DNA of 64,000 nucleotides from contig NC_068985.1 in NCBI RefSeq assembly GCF_001194135.2, positions 106,124,643-106,188,642 of the forward strand, written 5' to 3'. Below, in pieces: positions 39,081 to 51,806 of this stretch. Numbering within the stretch: position 1 is the first letter of the stretch; the number at the start of each line of letters is the position of its first letter. Source of the stretch: Octopus bimaculoides (taxonomy: Eukaryota). The notes under the pieces are model-generated. The model was not told where the DNA came from. It was given only the letters and a program-made list of their open reading frames with translations, and made no database searches. The translations under genes and the position numbers were made by a program.

Positions 39081-39797
39081 TATATTGTATCATGTCAAAG
39101 TTTCATTAAGTTATTAGTTCAAATGATGGCAAGCTGCACCTTAAAGATTACAAAGGAAAAACAACTAGAGTTTTTCTCCTTTGTTTCGCTTATAATTCTT
39201 TTGTACAATAATTGTTTTCATCTTTTGAATCTAAGTTCTGATCTGTTATTGAAGAAAGATTTTTTTACAATTGTTATGGTAAAGAAAATAAATTACAAAT
39301 CTTTATATATTATTGTCACCACCATCATCATAAGCATCTTTTAACGCCCATCTTCCATGTTGGCATGGGTCAGATGGTCTGACAGGATCCAGCAGGTATA
39401 AAGATTATGTAATGTTCCAACATCAGCATGGTTTCTACAACTGGATAACAATTCAGTGTTTGCAACTGAACCATCCAGATAAAAACATATGTCTAATATA
39501 TAATGGAGAAAGCTGCTTGTTAATTAGGTATGTAACAGTTACTAAAAGAAAGCAATTATTAAAGGCTTGATTGTCTGGAAATTTTTTTTTATAAATTCAT
39601 GTGCCAAGAAATTTCCTGTAATTTTGATTTCTGAAGTTTATTGAATATTTGAACTACGAGTTCTTCACAAGTTTAAATATTCATTGCATTCACTGTGGAG
39701 TAGATTTAATAAACTATATTAATTCGTTGCAGGTGAAATTTTCCATTTTCATTTGCAACAACAGTCTCTCGCTCTCTCTCGCCTTCAGATTACATTT

Positions 39798-39890
39798 TCA
39801 TTGAAGCCTGTGAGAAGGATGAGCCTGTTTCTTGCTACTAATACAAAACCTCGGCTCAATCAGTGTTGTACTGCACCTAGTTAAAGTTCT
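39798..39890 (-). CDS. ANO10: Candidate last coding exon of anoctamin-10
   Basis: Good acceptor (tttttacttatttacag) and phase 0 fits: RTLTRCSTTLIEPRFCISSKKQAHPSHRLQ*. Minus-strand AATAAA at 39637-39642. No recognisable homology, so tentative. Confidence 0.5.
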   Translation of the reverse strand, partial: RTLTRCSTTLIEPRFCISSKKQAHPSHRLQ

Positions 39891-39939
39891 CTGTAAATAA
39901 GTAAAAACAGATTTTTCCTTTTTACGATTACATACGAAT

Positions 39940-40143
39940 AAATAACTTGAGAAAATGACCACCTCTGATTTGTTAAGTTCGTGAAAAAAGCCTACAGCTT
40001 GATAAAACAACCAGTCTGGTATTGAAAACATGAGTCTTGAACTATCTCGATAGATAGCAGTTAATCAAAGCTAATGCGTAATTTTATAACTTTTTGCGAC
40101 CCACTAGGATTCCGTTCGCGACTCATAGTTTGGGAACCACTGC
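39940..40143. mobile_element. One end of a hAT/Charlie-like element
   Basis: Ends gcgactcatagtttgggaaccactg, the reverse complement of a CAGTGGTTCCCAAA terminus. No partner end found, and it abuts a gap. Confidence 0.45.
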
Positions 40144-40674
40144 ACNNNNNNNNNNNNNNNNNNNNNNNNNNNNNNNNNNNNNNNNNNNNNNNNNNNNNNN
40201 NNNNNNNNNNNNNNNNNNNNNNNNNNNNNNNNNNNNNNNNNNNNNNNNNNNNNNNNNNNNNNNNNNNNNNNNNNNNNNNNNNNNNNNNNNNNNNNNNNNN
40301 NNNNNNNNNNNNNNNNNNNNNNNNNNNNNNNNNNNNNNNNNNNNNNNNNNNNNNNNNNNNNNNNNNNNNNNNNNNNNNNNNNNNNNNNNNNNNNNNNNNN
40401 NNNNNNNNNNNNNNNNNNNNNNNNNNNNNNNNNNNNNNNNNNNNNNNNNNNNNNNNNNNNNNNNNNNNNNNNNNNNNNNNNNNNNNNNNNNNNNNNNNNN
40501 NNNNNNNNNNNNNNNNNNNNNNNNNNNNNNNNNNNNNNNAGTTAATATAAAATACGTTTTAAAAAGTACAAGTTAACTTTATAAAGTTTCATTCGTAAAC
40601 ATTTTGTAAATTTTAACAAGTATAAAAAAACAAAACACGATTAAGCACCAATGTAGTCTGTCAGGGGTGTTAGT

Positions 40675-40711
<37 letters not shown>

Positions 40712-41954
40712 CACACGCACTGGTTCTCAATTAACGTTGTTCGATATGACGGTTTGGCTATAACAATGTTAGATTATAAAATACAAAGTATAAATTTTAA
40801 ATGATTTTGAGCTACAATAAAAGTGAATAAATGCCTTTGTTTCTATGTTAGTAAACGACTGTTTAATCTGTGTAATTAATTACCTTTCTATCTCTTAAAT
40901 TACATTATATTGTTCAGCAGAAGTTGTCGATGTTGGTTGGCAGACATTTTCAGGGGAGTAAACTTGGCATACCTTCGTATTACCTCCCTTGTTTCAAGAC
41001 GTTAACAGTAGTTCTTCTTTTTTCTGAGATTCATTTCCCGCATTCTATTTCTAGTTATTTTTTATTACATTCTGAGTTTGTCTACTAAGGTTATGTTTGT
41101 TCTCTTATTCATGGTGTAATTTTAGCAAAAATTCCTTAGTACACTATACATTAAGCATCTTGGAGCTCACTTTATTTACTATCAGTAGTTATTTGGTCTA
41201 GCACCAGGTTGAGGTCATCTTTGCCTTTCATCCTTTCAGGGTTGGTAAAGAAGGTACTGGGGTTGATGTAATTGACCTCTCCCTCCCCTCAAAGAAAGTT
41301 GGGTGTGACAAAATTTGAAATTACTACTACTACTACTACCTGTGAGGCTTAATTTAAAAGTTCATTTCTTCAATAGATGCCTTCAGCAGTTCAGTCAATT
41401 TATTTCATATAAATATAGATTAAAAGGTGGACGGGAGTTCAATTGTTCACTAAAATATTTCTTTGTTTTGGTGTATCTTAAAAATGAAAGGTTATTGATA
41501 TCAGACGTTATAAAAAGTGTGGAACTCAGATTTTCAATGAAGGCACAACATTACTGAAATCATCTTTAGATTAGTAAGAGTTACTGATATATGTCTGCAG
41601 CATGGATATGTGTGTTTGTGTATGTGTGTGAGTGTGTGTGTGTGTATAAAGTATACTTTATACCTCATCCAATACAGTGTTTACTTAAGAAGTTGTTCGC
41701 TGCTCTTGTTTTCGTTTCATGGCATTTTGAATTTTCTGGAAAAACAAAAAGAAATAAGAAAATAACAAAGCAGTTTTATTCATTTGTATCTTGGTTGTAA
41801 AATATTAGCTTAAATTAGTGAAACATTGAAGTTAGGATGTTAGAATCCAAGACACCAAATCATGCTGTCTGATTGAAAAAAAAGAAAAAAATCCACACTA
41901 TAATCCGTTTTGCATTAATCCAACTGTAAGAACTGTTACAAATTATTAAACACT

Positions 41955-42270
41955 TCATGTCACAAACACTCTCCAAGCTTTCCTATCATTTATAAACTCT
42001 CTTGCCTCTTTGACTCCAACACCTCTGACTGCCGATGCTTTCCTCACTCTGTCCATCCACACAAACTGAGGTCTGCCTCTTGTTCTGCTGCCAACCACTT
42101 CTGCCTTCATCACCCACCTATCCATCCTCTCCATGTGGCCAAACCACCTCAGCATTTGTCTATCCATTTTGGTTGTTAGTTTTTCTCTCATTCCAGCTCA
42201 CCTTCACACCTCATTCTTCATCCAGTCCATCCGTGTCACACCAACTATAGCCCTCAAACATCTCCTCTGA
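41955..42270 (-). mobile_element. LINE (RTE-like) 3' fragment
   Basis: MLRWFGHMERM...RGRPQFVWMD..., the typical non-LTR C-terminus. Confidence 0.75.
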
Positions 42271-42298
42271 AACGAAGTAAAATGAATCGTTGACTTAC

Positions 42299-42415
42299 AA
42301 CTTTTTCTAAAGCTTTCTTAGCTTCATATCTTTCCTTATACACTTCAATTTCTATCCATCTTGGAAGGTCAGGAATCAGATAAGTCAGGAAAGAGCGAGC
42401 AGCTAAAATTATGTG
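42299..42415 (-). CDS. ANO10: Anoctamin-10 exon (end of TM10, IPD motif)
   Basis: tttttccag / gtaagt. HIILAARSFLTYLIPDLPRWIEIEVYKERYEAKKALEKV. 117 nt, phase 0-0. Not in the ORF track. Confidence 0.9.
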
Positions 42416-42592
42416 CTGGAAAAAAATATATACAAATTATTGGGCACATTTTTTCGCTAGGTTTTTAAACTTAAATATGCAATGTTAAAACATTATTAAT
42501 ATGTTAAAAGTAAAACTATATTGGGACAATGAATACACTGGAACTGTAACAATGTTAGAACTATGAATATGGCACTATAAGTTTGTTGGAAT

Positions 42593-42994
42593 GAGGCACG
42601 TGCCATCAGTAATTACTCAGGGCAGGCAGTTGGTGACATTTATGTAGTAAAACACACAAAAAAGAAGCGAAACACAACCGCATGACTGAGTTGAAGGCAG
42701 ATTTACTTTTGCCTCTATAGCATGAGAGAAAAGATTGTTGTAGGAATATATGCAGCATGTGTATTACAGCTATGCATAGCTTAAATACTGAGATTGAAAA
42801 GCAGGGGAAAATTATGCCTACCTAATCTACAAAAAAATAAAATATTTTGCATTTTATGCCTTAGTAATCAGAGTAACCTTCATAATTTTATTGAATTAGG
42901 TGCATATTTTGCCATAAAAGGAAAATGTTGCTATTGATCTATTTTAATCAAGGTAGGTACTGCCTACCTTGGCTACCTAGGTGGCAAGTCCCTG
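42593..42994. mobile_element. hAT-like MITE inserted in a 17-bp minisatellite
   Basis: Left end gaggcacgtgcca vs reverse complement of right end cagggacttgcca (10/13). Flanks gttggaat / attggaac could be an 8-bp TSD but are also array units. Confidence 0.45.
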
Positions 42995-43295
42995 ATTGGA
43001 ACCATACATACATTGAAGCTATTAGATATATTGTAACTACAATTATATTGGAACAGTAACTATGTTGGAACTACAAATACATTGATGCTATACATATATT
43101 GGTGATAAAGATATATTGGAACTGTATGTTTGAACTGCTACTATGTTTGAATTATAAATACAATTGAATTATGTTATGATTGGAATTATTAATATATTAG
43201 AACTAGAGCTGAGTGAGGAGCCATAACTATCATGGCACTATAGTCATGTTGGAGCTGTAGCTATATTGTAATTATAACTATAGCAGGACCATAAC
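42995..43295. repeat. 17-bp minisatellite, main block (other blocks 42480-42592 and 44465-44565)
   Basis: Consensus approximately attggaactataactat. Confidence 0.75.
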
Positions 43296-43393
43296 ATTAT
43301 TGAAACAGGGCCACACAGAAAGCATAAATTTTAAAATTATATTTCTATTTTATTGACTATTACAGTCCGTAGGGTGTTTTTGTGTTATATATA

Positions 43394-44060
43394 GAGGGTG
43401 TCCCAAAAGTCACTATACACTTTCTTTTTTCTATTTTGTTTCAGGTATCATTCAGAGAGTTATGAGGCCATCAACATTTGACACCTCAAGTTTTGCAGTT
43501 TTTGTAAGTGTATCATTCACGTCCATGGCACACCATACTAACAACTTCAGAGAATCTCATTCATGTTCAAGAATTTCTGCTGGTTTTGATTTTTCCCAAA
43601 TTCAACAATTGTGTCGGTTTACCCGATCAGAGAGATGAAAGATAGACTCATCACTGAACCATAAGTTTTCTAAGAACTGAGAGTCATTATGGTAATAGTG
43701 GAGGACTGATACACATATTTCCACATGAGCATCATAATCTTCTGCTTGAAGCCTTTGAACAACCTGAAGTCAGTATGGGTGGAACTTTATCGCTCTCTGA
43801 AGCATCTGCTCAATCAAGCCTTTGTTGATGCTAAGTTCCAGTGCAGCCTTCAAGATGGACTTCCCCTGGCTTTTTGCGAACACCTGCTTCAGGAGTCTGG
43901 TGTTAGTAACAGGCCTTCCACTGCATGGTTTGTCAAGAAAAGATCCGGTTTTGAGAAAATTGCTATGGATAGCATAAATTGTGTTCCATGTTGGAGCAGT
44001 GTGATGGCCATAAACCTTCTCAAACTTGCACTGAACTGCCAGGTGACATGCCTTGATAAC
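43394..44060 (-). mobile_element. IS630-Tc1-mariner transposon remnant, internally deleted
   Basis: Terminus TA|gagggtgtcccaaaagt. Minus-strand peptides TIYAIHSNFLKTGSFLDKPCSGRP...FHPY and LWFSDESIFHLSDRVNRHNC.IW with frameshifts. Confidence 0.85.
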
Positions 44061-44752
44061 TCTAAGAACTATGCCAGTGGAGTGCAAGTTCTGGACTGGG
44101 CTTTCCATGCTGGACAGGTCAAAGGACAAAGGCCAGAATAACATGGATCACCTCTTTCCAAAGGTAAAAATTGTTTTGCATAGGGGCTAACACCTCTACC
44201 TAGAAAGAAAAATAAAATGACAGAAGCATCAATGGCAATTCAAAAACCAACAAGACCTGGGAGAGGAAGGCTTTCCCTTAGGGGAACATATACTGCAGAG
44301 TAGCAAGATCCAAAAGACAGCAGGGATCCAACTAATGAGAAGCAGAAAAGATAATCCAGAGTCAGCAACAGTAGAGGAATTTTACCAATGGTCTATGATC
44401 CATAAGAGGAGCAAAGGGCTTAATTAAATTTTAAAAAAAAGTTCTAGAGTCTCAATTAAATCATGACTTATATTGGAATTATAACTATGTTGGACTATAA
44501 TAATTATGTTAGAAGTATAACTATATTAGTTGATAACTATACTGGAATGTTAGAACTACATATAGCATACATTAATACTTTGTTGTGTCTGGAGAGAGTT
44601 ATACTGCTTTAATATCTAACACACTCACTGGTTCAATTTTTTGTAATAATACAATAATACTGATAGCTTCATTGAGCATACATAACAAATAGTAACATGA
44701 CCACCACTATGAGTGAAAATTTAATACTAGTCAATGGGAAAGGTATACATAC

Positions 44753-44887
44753 CTCCAGAATGACAACTATGACAACCAGTTGAGCAGGTGTTTGGTGTCC
44801 AGGTACCAACTTTTGTACTTCAGGGTTTAATCCAATAATGATACAATTGGTCATCACAGCTATCTTACCCATTAATTCGAACATCAT
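44753..44887 (-). CDS. ANO10: Anoctamin-10 exon (TM9-TM10)
   Basis: ttactag / gtatgt. MMFELMGKIAVMTNCIIIGLNPEVQKLVPGHQTPAQLVVIVVILE. 135 nt, phase 0-0. Confidence 0.92.
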
Positions 44888-44958
44888 CTAGTAAAGTATA
44901 CAAAGAAGGTAATATTTATCTATCTATGTATCTATCTTTTTATCTATCTATCTATCTA

Positions 44959-44995
<37 letters not shown>

Positions 44996-45007
44996 TTAGC
45001 AAATTAG

Positions 45008-45768
45008 CACTGAACAACAAATGCAAGAACAAAAACAAACTTAGCAAAAGTCAAATGGATGTACATAGTGAAAATATTAGTTTGACATTTGGTGAAAGTT
45101 TCAGATGGAAAATTAAACATAAAATATTTTGTCTATTATTGTATGCTCACATGGACCTTCCACATCCTTCTGACGATTTGGAGTATTTAATTAATGGATC
45201 ATCTGTACAATGGGATCACGTAGGAAAGAATGTCCCCTAAAATGCACTTCTTGCATTCTCATCTTGATTTTTTTCCAACGAATCTTGGTGCCGTTAGTGA
45301 TGAGCATGGTGAGAGGCTCCACCAGGACATGTCTGATATGGAAATGAGGTATCAAGGCTGGTACAATCCACATGATGGGTGACTACTGCTGGTTCCTACA
45401 ACTGGAGACCAACACGACGCATAAGCGCAAGTGCAAGTGTCTCAAACATTTCTGAGCTGAGTATATAAAAAATAAAGTGAGTATTCCCTTAACATAAATA
45501 TACTATGTACCATTATATTATAATATTATTTGCCTTGAACATAAATTTACTATATACAGTACTAATAGACTATTATAATAATCATTTACCTTGAACTTAA
45601 CTATTCCTGATTCTAATAAAGTATCAATATATAATTAAGAACATAACTCAAAATCCCGACATGCTACAGCAATTCTGAGTTCAGATTTGGAATCAGCGTA
45701 CTTAATTTAGTTTAGTACAGCACCATTTGTCTGGGTAGCAGACAATAAATCTTTTTTGTTGTCCAGTG
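45008..45768 (+). mobile_element. Chapaev3-like (CMC) non-autonomous DNA transposon with transposase C-terminal fragment
   Basis: Termini cactgaacaacaaa / tttgttgtccagtg, flanks tag / taa. Internal MSPKMHFLHSHLDFFPTNLGAVSDEHGERLHQDMSDMEMRYQG...DYCW. Family assignment is from recalled motif similarity. Confidence 0.65.
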
Positions 45769-47274
45769 TAATTAAATCAAGGATATAAAATCCTCGTAAA
45801 GAGATGTCAGCATCCAAGTTCCCCAGTGTTATCCAGTGTATCACTGAAAAACCAAAGATGTTAGCTTTGCATTGATGGATATGGGTATATTATTGTTTAT
45901 GTATGAGAAGAGAAATTGGAGAAACTGAGATATAGACATTGATTTATTAGAGCATATTTAATTCCAAACAAAAGCAAACCCATAGCACCTACAACTGTTT
46001 CCATGCCCAATTAATTCAGTTTGAGAAATTAAATTAAATTAAATCAAATTAAAGTTTCTTACTGAATATAACTAATTGGATATTTTGTCAGGGGAAGAAT
46101 TTGATAGAAAGGAACTACATTCCAATGTGTTCGTAGATCCTTGATGGACTCAGATATGTGTTTTCACATCCAATGTATTAAAAAAACCATTACTTATGTA
46201 TATATATATACAAATTTGTTTAATGCATTTGTGTATGTGCATATGTAATGTGCTGAAAAACAAAAATAGCTGTTAGCTTAAATGATATTTCGATATGATT
46301 ACTTTAACTAGAAACTAAAAACATTATTCTTCATTTACATTATAACTTATGATAGATCGAAATGTCAGTAAAGTATTTATATATATATATATATATANNN
46401 NNNNNNNNNNNNNNNNNNNNNNNNNNNNNNNNNNNNNNNNNNNNNNNNNNNNNNNNNNNNNNNNNNNNNNNNNNNNNNNNNNNNNNNNNNNNNNNNNNNN
46501 NNNNNNNNNNNNNNNNNNNNNNNNNNNNNNNNNNNNNNNNNNNNNNNNNNNNNNNNNNNNNNNNNNNNNNNNNNNNNNNNNNNNNNNNNNNNNNNNNNNN
46601 NNNNNNNNNNNNNNNNNNNNNNNNNNNNNNNNNNNNNNNNNNNNNNNNNNNNNNNNNNNNNNNNNNNNNNNNNNNNNNNNNNNNNNNNNNNNNNNNNNNN
46701 NNNNNNNNNNNNNNNNNNNNNNNNNNNNNNNNNNNNNNNNNNNNNNNNNNNNNNNNNNNNNNNNNNNNNNNNNNNNNNNNNNNNNNNNNNNNNNNNNNNN
46801 NNNNNNNNNNNNNNNNNNNNNNNNNNNNNNNNNNNNNNNNNNNNNNNNNNNNNNNNNNNNNNNNNNNNNNNNNNNNNNNNNNNNNNNNNNNNNNNNNNNN
46901 NNNNNNNNNNNNNNNNNNNNNNNNNNNNNNNNNNNNNNNNNNNNNNNNNNNNNNNNNNNNNNNNNNNNNNNNNNNNNNNNNNNNNNNNNNNNNNNNNNNN
47001 NNNNNNNNNNNNNNNNNNNNNNNNNNNNNNNNNNNNNNNNNNNNNNNNNNNNNNNNNNNNNNNNNNNNNNNNNNNNNNNNNNNNNNNNNNNNNNNNNNNN
47101 NNNNNNNNNNNNNNNNNNNNNNNNNNNNNNNNNNNNNNNNNNNNNNNNNNNNNNNNNNNNNNNNNNNNNNNNNNNNNNNNNNNNNNNNNNNNNNNNNNNN
47201 NNNNNNNNNNNNNNNNNNNNNNNNNNNNNTATATATATATATATATATAAATATCCTTCAGAGCAGTTACTTAC

Positions 47275-47466
47275 CTGCCAAGCACCAATGTTTGATGCAG
47301 AGAGTGGAAATGGACGTCGGAAGACACAGCACATTTTGAATGAATCAATGCGCAATTCAAATATGTTGTTGATAAGAGCCCAAAATGCTGCAAGCGGGTA
47401 GACAGATGAGAACAGGAATACATAACCAAATTGCAGGAAAAGCTCCAAATAGTCATCTAAAGTGCC
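47275..47466 (-). CDS. ANO10: Anoctamin-10 exon (TM7-TM8, Ca2+-site acidic residues)
   Basis: atttcag / gtaagt. [64 protein letters not shown]. 192 nt, phase 0-0. Confidence 0.95.
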
Positions 47467-47666
47467 CTGAAATATATATAAAGTACAAGGAAAAGAATAA
47501 AACAGTTGTACAAGCTAAAAAGAAACACAGCTGTTACTTGCATGTGATTATGATTTGATACATTGCAACCTGCTTTTGCTAGTTGTTTTGGGTGTCTATG
47601 CAGATGTGAGCAGGCATATACACCTTCTCAACCCTCACCCTTGATTCAAGGCATCACTGAGGTTGT

Positions 47667-47702
<36 letters not shown>

Positions 47703-50146
47703 CTATCAGTTGTTTCAGTAGCTTGGGTCAACAGGAAATGAAGTCCCTTGCTCAAGGATATAATATGCCTCCTTGAATGTGAATTTAACCCACAACCTTA
47801 TGATTGTGAGGCCAGCATCCTAACCACTAGGCCACTTGCTTTTACTATCCTGCAGAAAGAGTATATTTTAAACTCTGCTAATAGATCTGTGAGAGTTTGT
47901 GTTATCACTCATTCTGAGATAAACTAAAATGAGATTATAAAATTAGAGATTGAATGGTAAAGTTAACTGGACAAAGATTAAAGTCCATTGTTGTTTTTAT
48001 TGTTGAGCCCTAATTGAAAGTCTAATCAGAGGAAACTTTGGCTGCTATTTCTTGTGGCTAGAGTGGCCACTTAGTGGCTGCCTTGTTGGTTCAATGAAGA
48101 GTTGGTTGTTGTTTCCAGGGCAGCACCAACTTGAGCTAACGTGGGGGTCCATAGCTAATCAATCAAACAACTAGGTGTAATTCCACACAACCATGCCTGT
48201 ATCTGTTCGCTTTTCTGAGTCAATTGTTTTTCTTCTATCAGTAACCATTCGGTCTTTTAATCAGAAATATCACTATAGGATTTCATTATTCTATGTGTCC
48301 TTCCTTTTTTAACATGTCAGAGTGGTGATTTCATGGACATTTGACTGGAAATTGTTGCAGGTTGCACAACCATGTAGAAACTGTCTTGTTTGTTATTTTA
48401 TATCTTGTCACAGGTGCTAGGGTGTATTCATGGCCCAAATACTTGGTTACAATAATTCACTCCACTTAGTTGTAAGTAGATATTACAGTACGATATAGCT
48501 TCATAGAAGTTCAGTCACTAATCCAGGTTGAAGTGATTTTTAATCCAAAGGAAGACTCCTAGTCTTTGGGGATGTAGTTTCAGCTTGATATTCGAAAATT
48601 TATGTTGGTGAAAGCATAAATAATACAGTAAAAAAATGTATATCATTTACTTGGTTATAAAATAGTAAAAACAGCAGCAAAGGTATAATCTAAAAGGGTT
48701 AAAATAGCTGGGTATGATTTGAGGAACATTTGGTTGCTATTTATAGCAGGTCAAGTGACTGCATGAAGACTTCCTAGTAAGATCAAGATTGGCTAGTTAT
48801 TAGGTGAAATAAATTAATGGAAGGATGAAACACAAAAACAATTATTTATAGGGTGAAATGAATCACAAGATACCTTATACAGTAAGATGAGTTTATAAAA
48901 TAAGAGATAAATCATGAATTGTAAAGTGAGTTAAAAGATAAACTATGTTGGAAGATAACAGAAAATATATTTTAAGATGAGATAAGGGTTGATCTTTTGT
49001 TTTAAGTGTGTAAATACAATAGCAACTTTGTTTAGATTAAAATAAGGAAATAATTTATATATATTGTAAAAGGCACCCAGTCCACTCTGTGAGGTGGTTG
49101 GCATTACAAAGGGCATTCAGCCATAAAAACTAAGCCAAAACAGACAATAAAGCCTGGTGCAGTCCTCTGTTTTGCCAGCTTCTGTCACTGTCCAACCCAT
49201 GCCAGCAGAAGAAACGGATGTTGAATGATGATGATGATGATGGTGATATTTGTCCTTTTCACTTTGTGGCTCTCTTTTGACCACTTACCAATTAGATGGG
49301 AAGGATATCTCTTGCCTTTCACATAGACAAAAGTAAGTAGATTCATCTACACTTCACTTTGACAAAGCATAATAACTACAAAAAGGTTTGAACTTATGAC
49401 ATCACTGCTAATGTATTTCTGTATAAATCATCTCCAAAGCTGTGTAGTTGGGCAGTTCACTCCCCAAGCATGTAGTTTCAAGTACTCACCACCACTGTGC
49501 AGCACTTTGATTACGTGCTCTCTGCTGTAGCCCTGGGCCACTCCATGGCCTTGTGAGTGAATTTGGTAACTGGAAGCAGAGGGAAATCTGTTATATGCAC
49601 ACCCACACGTGTATGTGTGTGTGTGTGCCTGCATGCATTTGTGTGCATGTGTGCATGTGTGTGTGTATGCATATGTGTTTGTTCTTTTGCATCTGCACAC
49701 TATGAAAGTTGCAACAAATCATGTTGTTGCTGTCATCCTTCCAGTCAACAAATTGTCTACTTGCTTAATGCCCTTGAAGACATGTGAAACAATGTCTTAA
49801 TAATATATTTGTCAAATCCATGCTACCATGGAAAAACAGATGTAAAACAGAATGAAAGTGCATTCTTTTGCCCCCTTACAACATTTAAAAAAGGCATAGG
49901 TTGTTGGAAAGTCTGAAGAAAAGTATCACGAGTTAAAATATTCTTAAAGGAGTGTAGGATCTATCGCTACCTCCTATAAAACTATCCAGTGTCACTCATT
50001 AAAGTTGTGTGACATTCTCTTGTGTCGAGAATGGTGATACCATGATATAGGGTTGGACCAAGGGATGATGGGTAAAAAATAGATGAGTGGGGGACTGGTA
50101 AAAAGAGTCAGCAAAAAGGTTTTATTTTTGACCCTAAATATCTCAC

Positions 50147-50341
50147 CAAGTATTTCTCCATTGAAGCTTCATCATAAGCTTGCTGTATCAACTCTGGCGG
50201 GAGTCCTTCCTCTTCCCATTTTTCACCCTTTCCAGCGTCTTTCTCAACCTTCTTTGTCCAAAACTTCAAAATCAGGAATGGCAAGGCTGACTCTTGCAGT
50301 TGACCAATAACTTGTTGAGTAATCAACAGTGCCACCAAATC
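50147..50341 (-). CDS. ANO10: Anoctamin-10 exon (TM6)
   Basis: cctttag / gtgaga. DLVALLITQQVIGQLQESALPFLI...DEASMEKYL. 195 nt, phase 0-0. Confidence 0.92.
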
Positions 50342-50504
50342 CTAAAGGCAATAGAAAACATCAGTTATTGCATACATTTGAATACTTGGTTAAGGAGTCA
50401 TTTGGGTATGTATTGGTCCATTAGCAGTTTATGTTAAGATTTAACAAAAGGAATCCTAAACAATAGTAAATTGTCTGTGCACGATGTGTGTACATCAAGT
50501 TGGC

Positions 50505-50869
50505 ACACAGTCTATCTGTCTGTCTGTCTAGATAGACAGATAGATAGGTAGATAGACAGACAGTCAGATAAGTAGGCAGACAGCCAGATTGGCAAACAGC
50601 CTGATAGACAGTCAGATAGGCAGACACAGATAAACAGTTAGACACACAAATAGACAGATAGACAGTCAGATAGGCAGACACAGATAAACAGTTAGACACA
50701 CAAATAGACAGATAAACAGTTAGACACACAAATAGACAGATAGACAGACGTACATACATAGAGATAGACAGACAAACAAACAAACAGACAGATAGATGAA
50801 TAGACAGACAGACAAACAGACAGAGAGACAGACAGACAGACAGATAGATAGATAGATAGATAGATAGAT

Positions 50870-50915
<46 letters not shown>
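50505..50915. repeat. Compound (GACA)n/(GATA)n microsatellite with higher-order duplicated blocks
   Basis: gataaacagttagacacacaaatagaca occurs three times within the tract. Confidence 0.85.
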
Positions 50916-51455
50916 CAAATCATGCATCAACTTGGACATAAACATTTATATTCATATACATCATAATAATACTAAATTACAAAGTCCGCCTGCGTATTCT
51001 GTGAATTAAGCAAAAACAATACATTATAATAATAACATGTTCCAGCTAATGTACTCTTAAACAAATATCCTTTTGACTAAAATTTGTTCCAAACTGTGCT
51101 CTGGAACTCTTAACCCTTTAAATGTGTAATTAAATGTCATGGTTATTCCAGAAAGGATGTTAAATATCTACCAAAAAGTAGAATTGGTATTTTTCTATAA
51201 GTCATGTTACCTTAATAAGCTTGAGATATATCAACAGAAAATAATTTCAAACATGACGTTCCTCACCAAAAGACAGAACTGCTTCCCACTGTAAAGGGTA
51301 ATGAAATTTTGAGTGGATATATCTGATTTCTGCAGTAAAAGGGCTCAGTGTAAGAGACAAGCAGAAACACAGACTTACAGCCACATTCACTCATATACAC
51401 ACAGCTACATTCGCATAAAGATACATCTGATAAATAGTGTATAGTGTATACTCAC

Positions 51456-51530
51456 ACTACGCAGAAGAGTGACATCTTGCAGGTAAAAAGCCATATAAAA
51501 CAGAGACATGAAACAGTTGACAAAGTTGAA
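51456..51530 (-). CDS. ANO10: Anoctamin-10 exon (TM5)
   Basis: ctttccag / gtgagt. [25 protein letters not shown]. 75 nt, phase 0-0. Confidence 0.92.
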
Positions 51531-51593
51531 CTGGAAAGAAAAGAAAAGAAATATGTATGTATGCATACATATGTATGTATATATATGTGTGTA

Positions 51594-51676
<83 letters not shown>

Positions 51677-51744
51677 GGTGTGGTGAATATATTGTCATAT
51701 AAATTATGCAAAAATGAAAATAACACTGACGTCTCATTCTAACA

Positions 51745-51772
51745 CATCATCACCATCACCATCACCACCACC

Positions 51773-51806
<34 letters not shown>

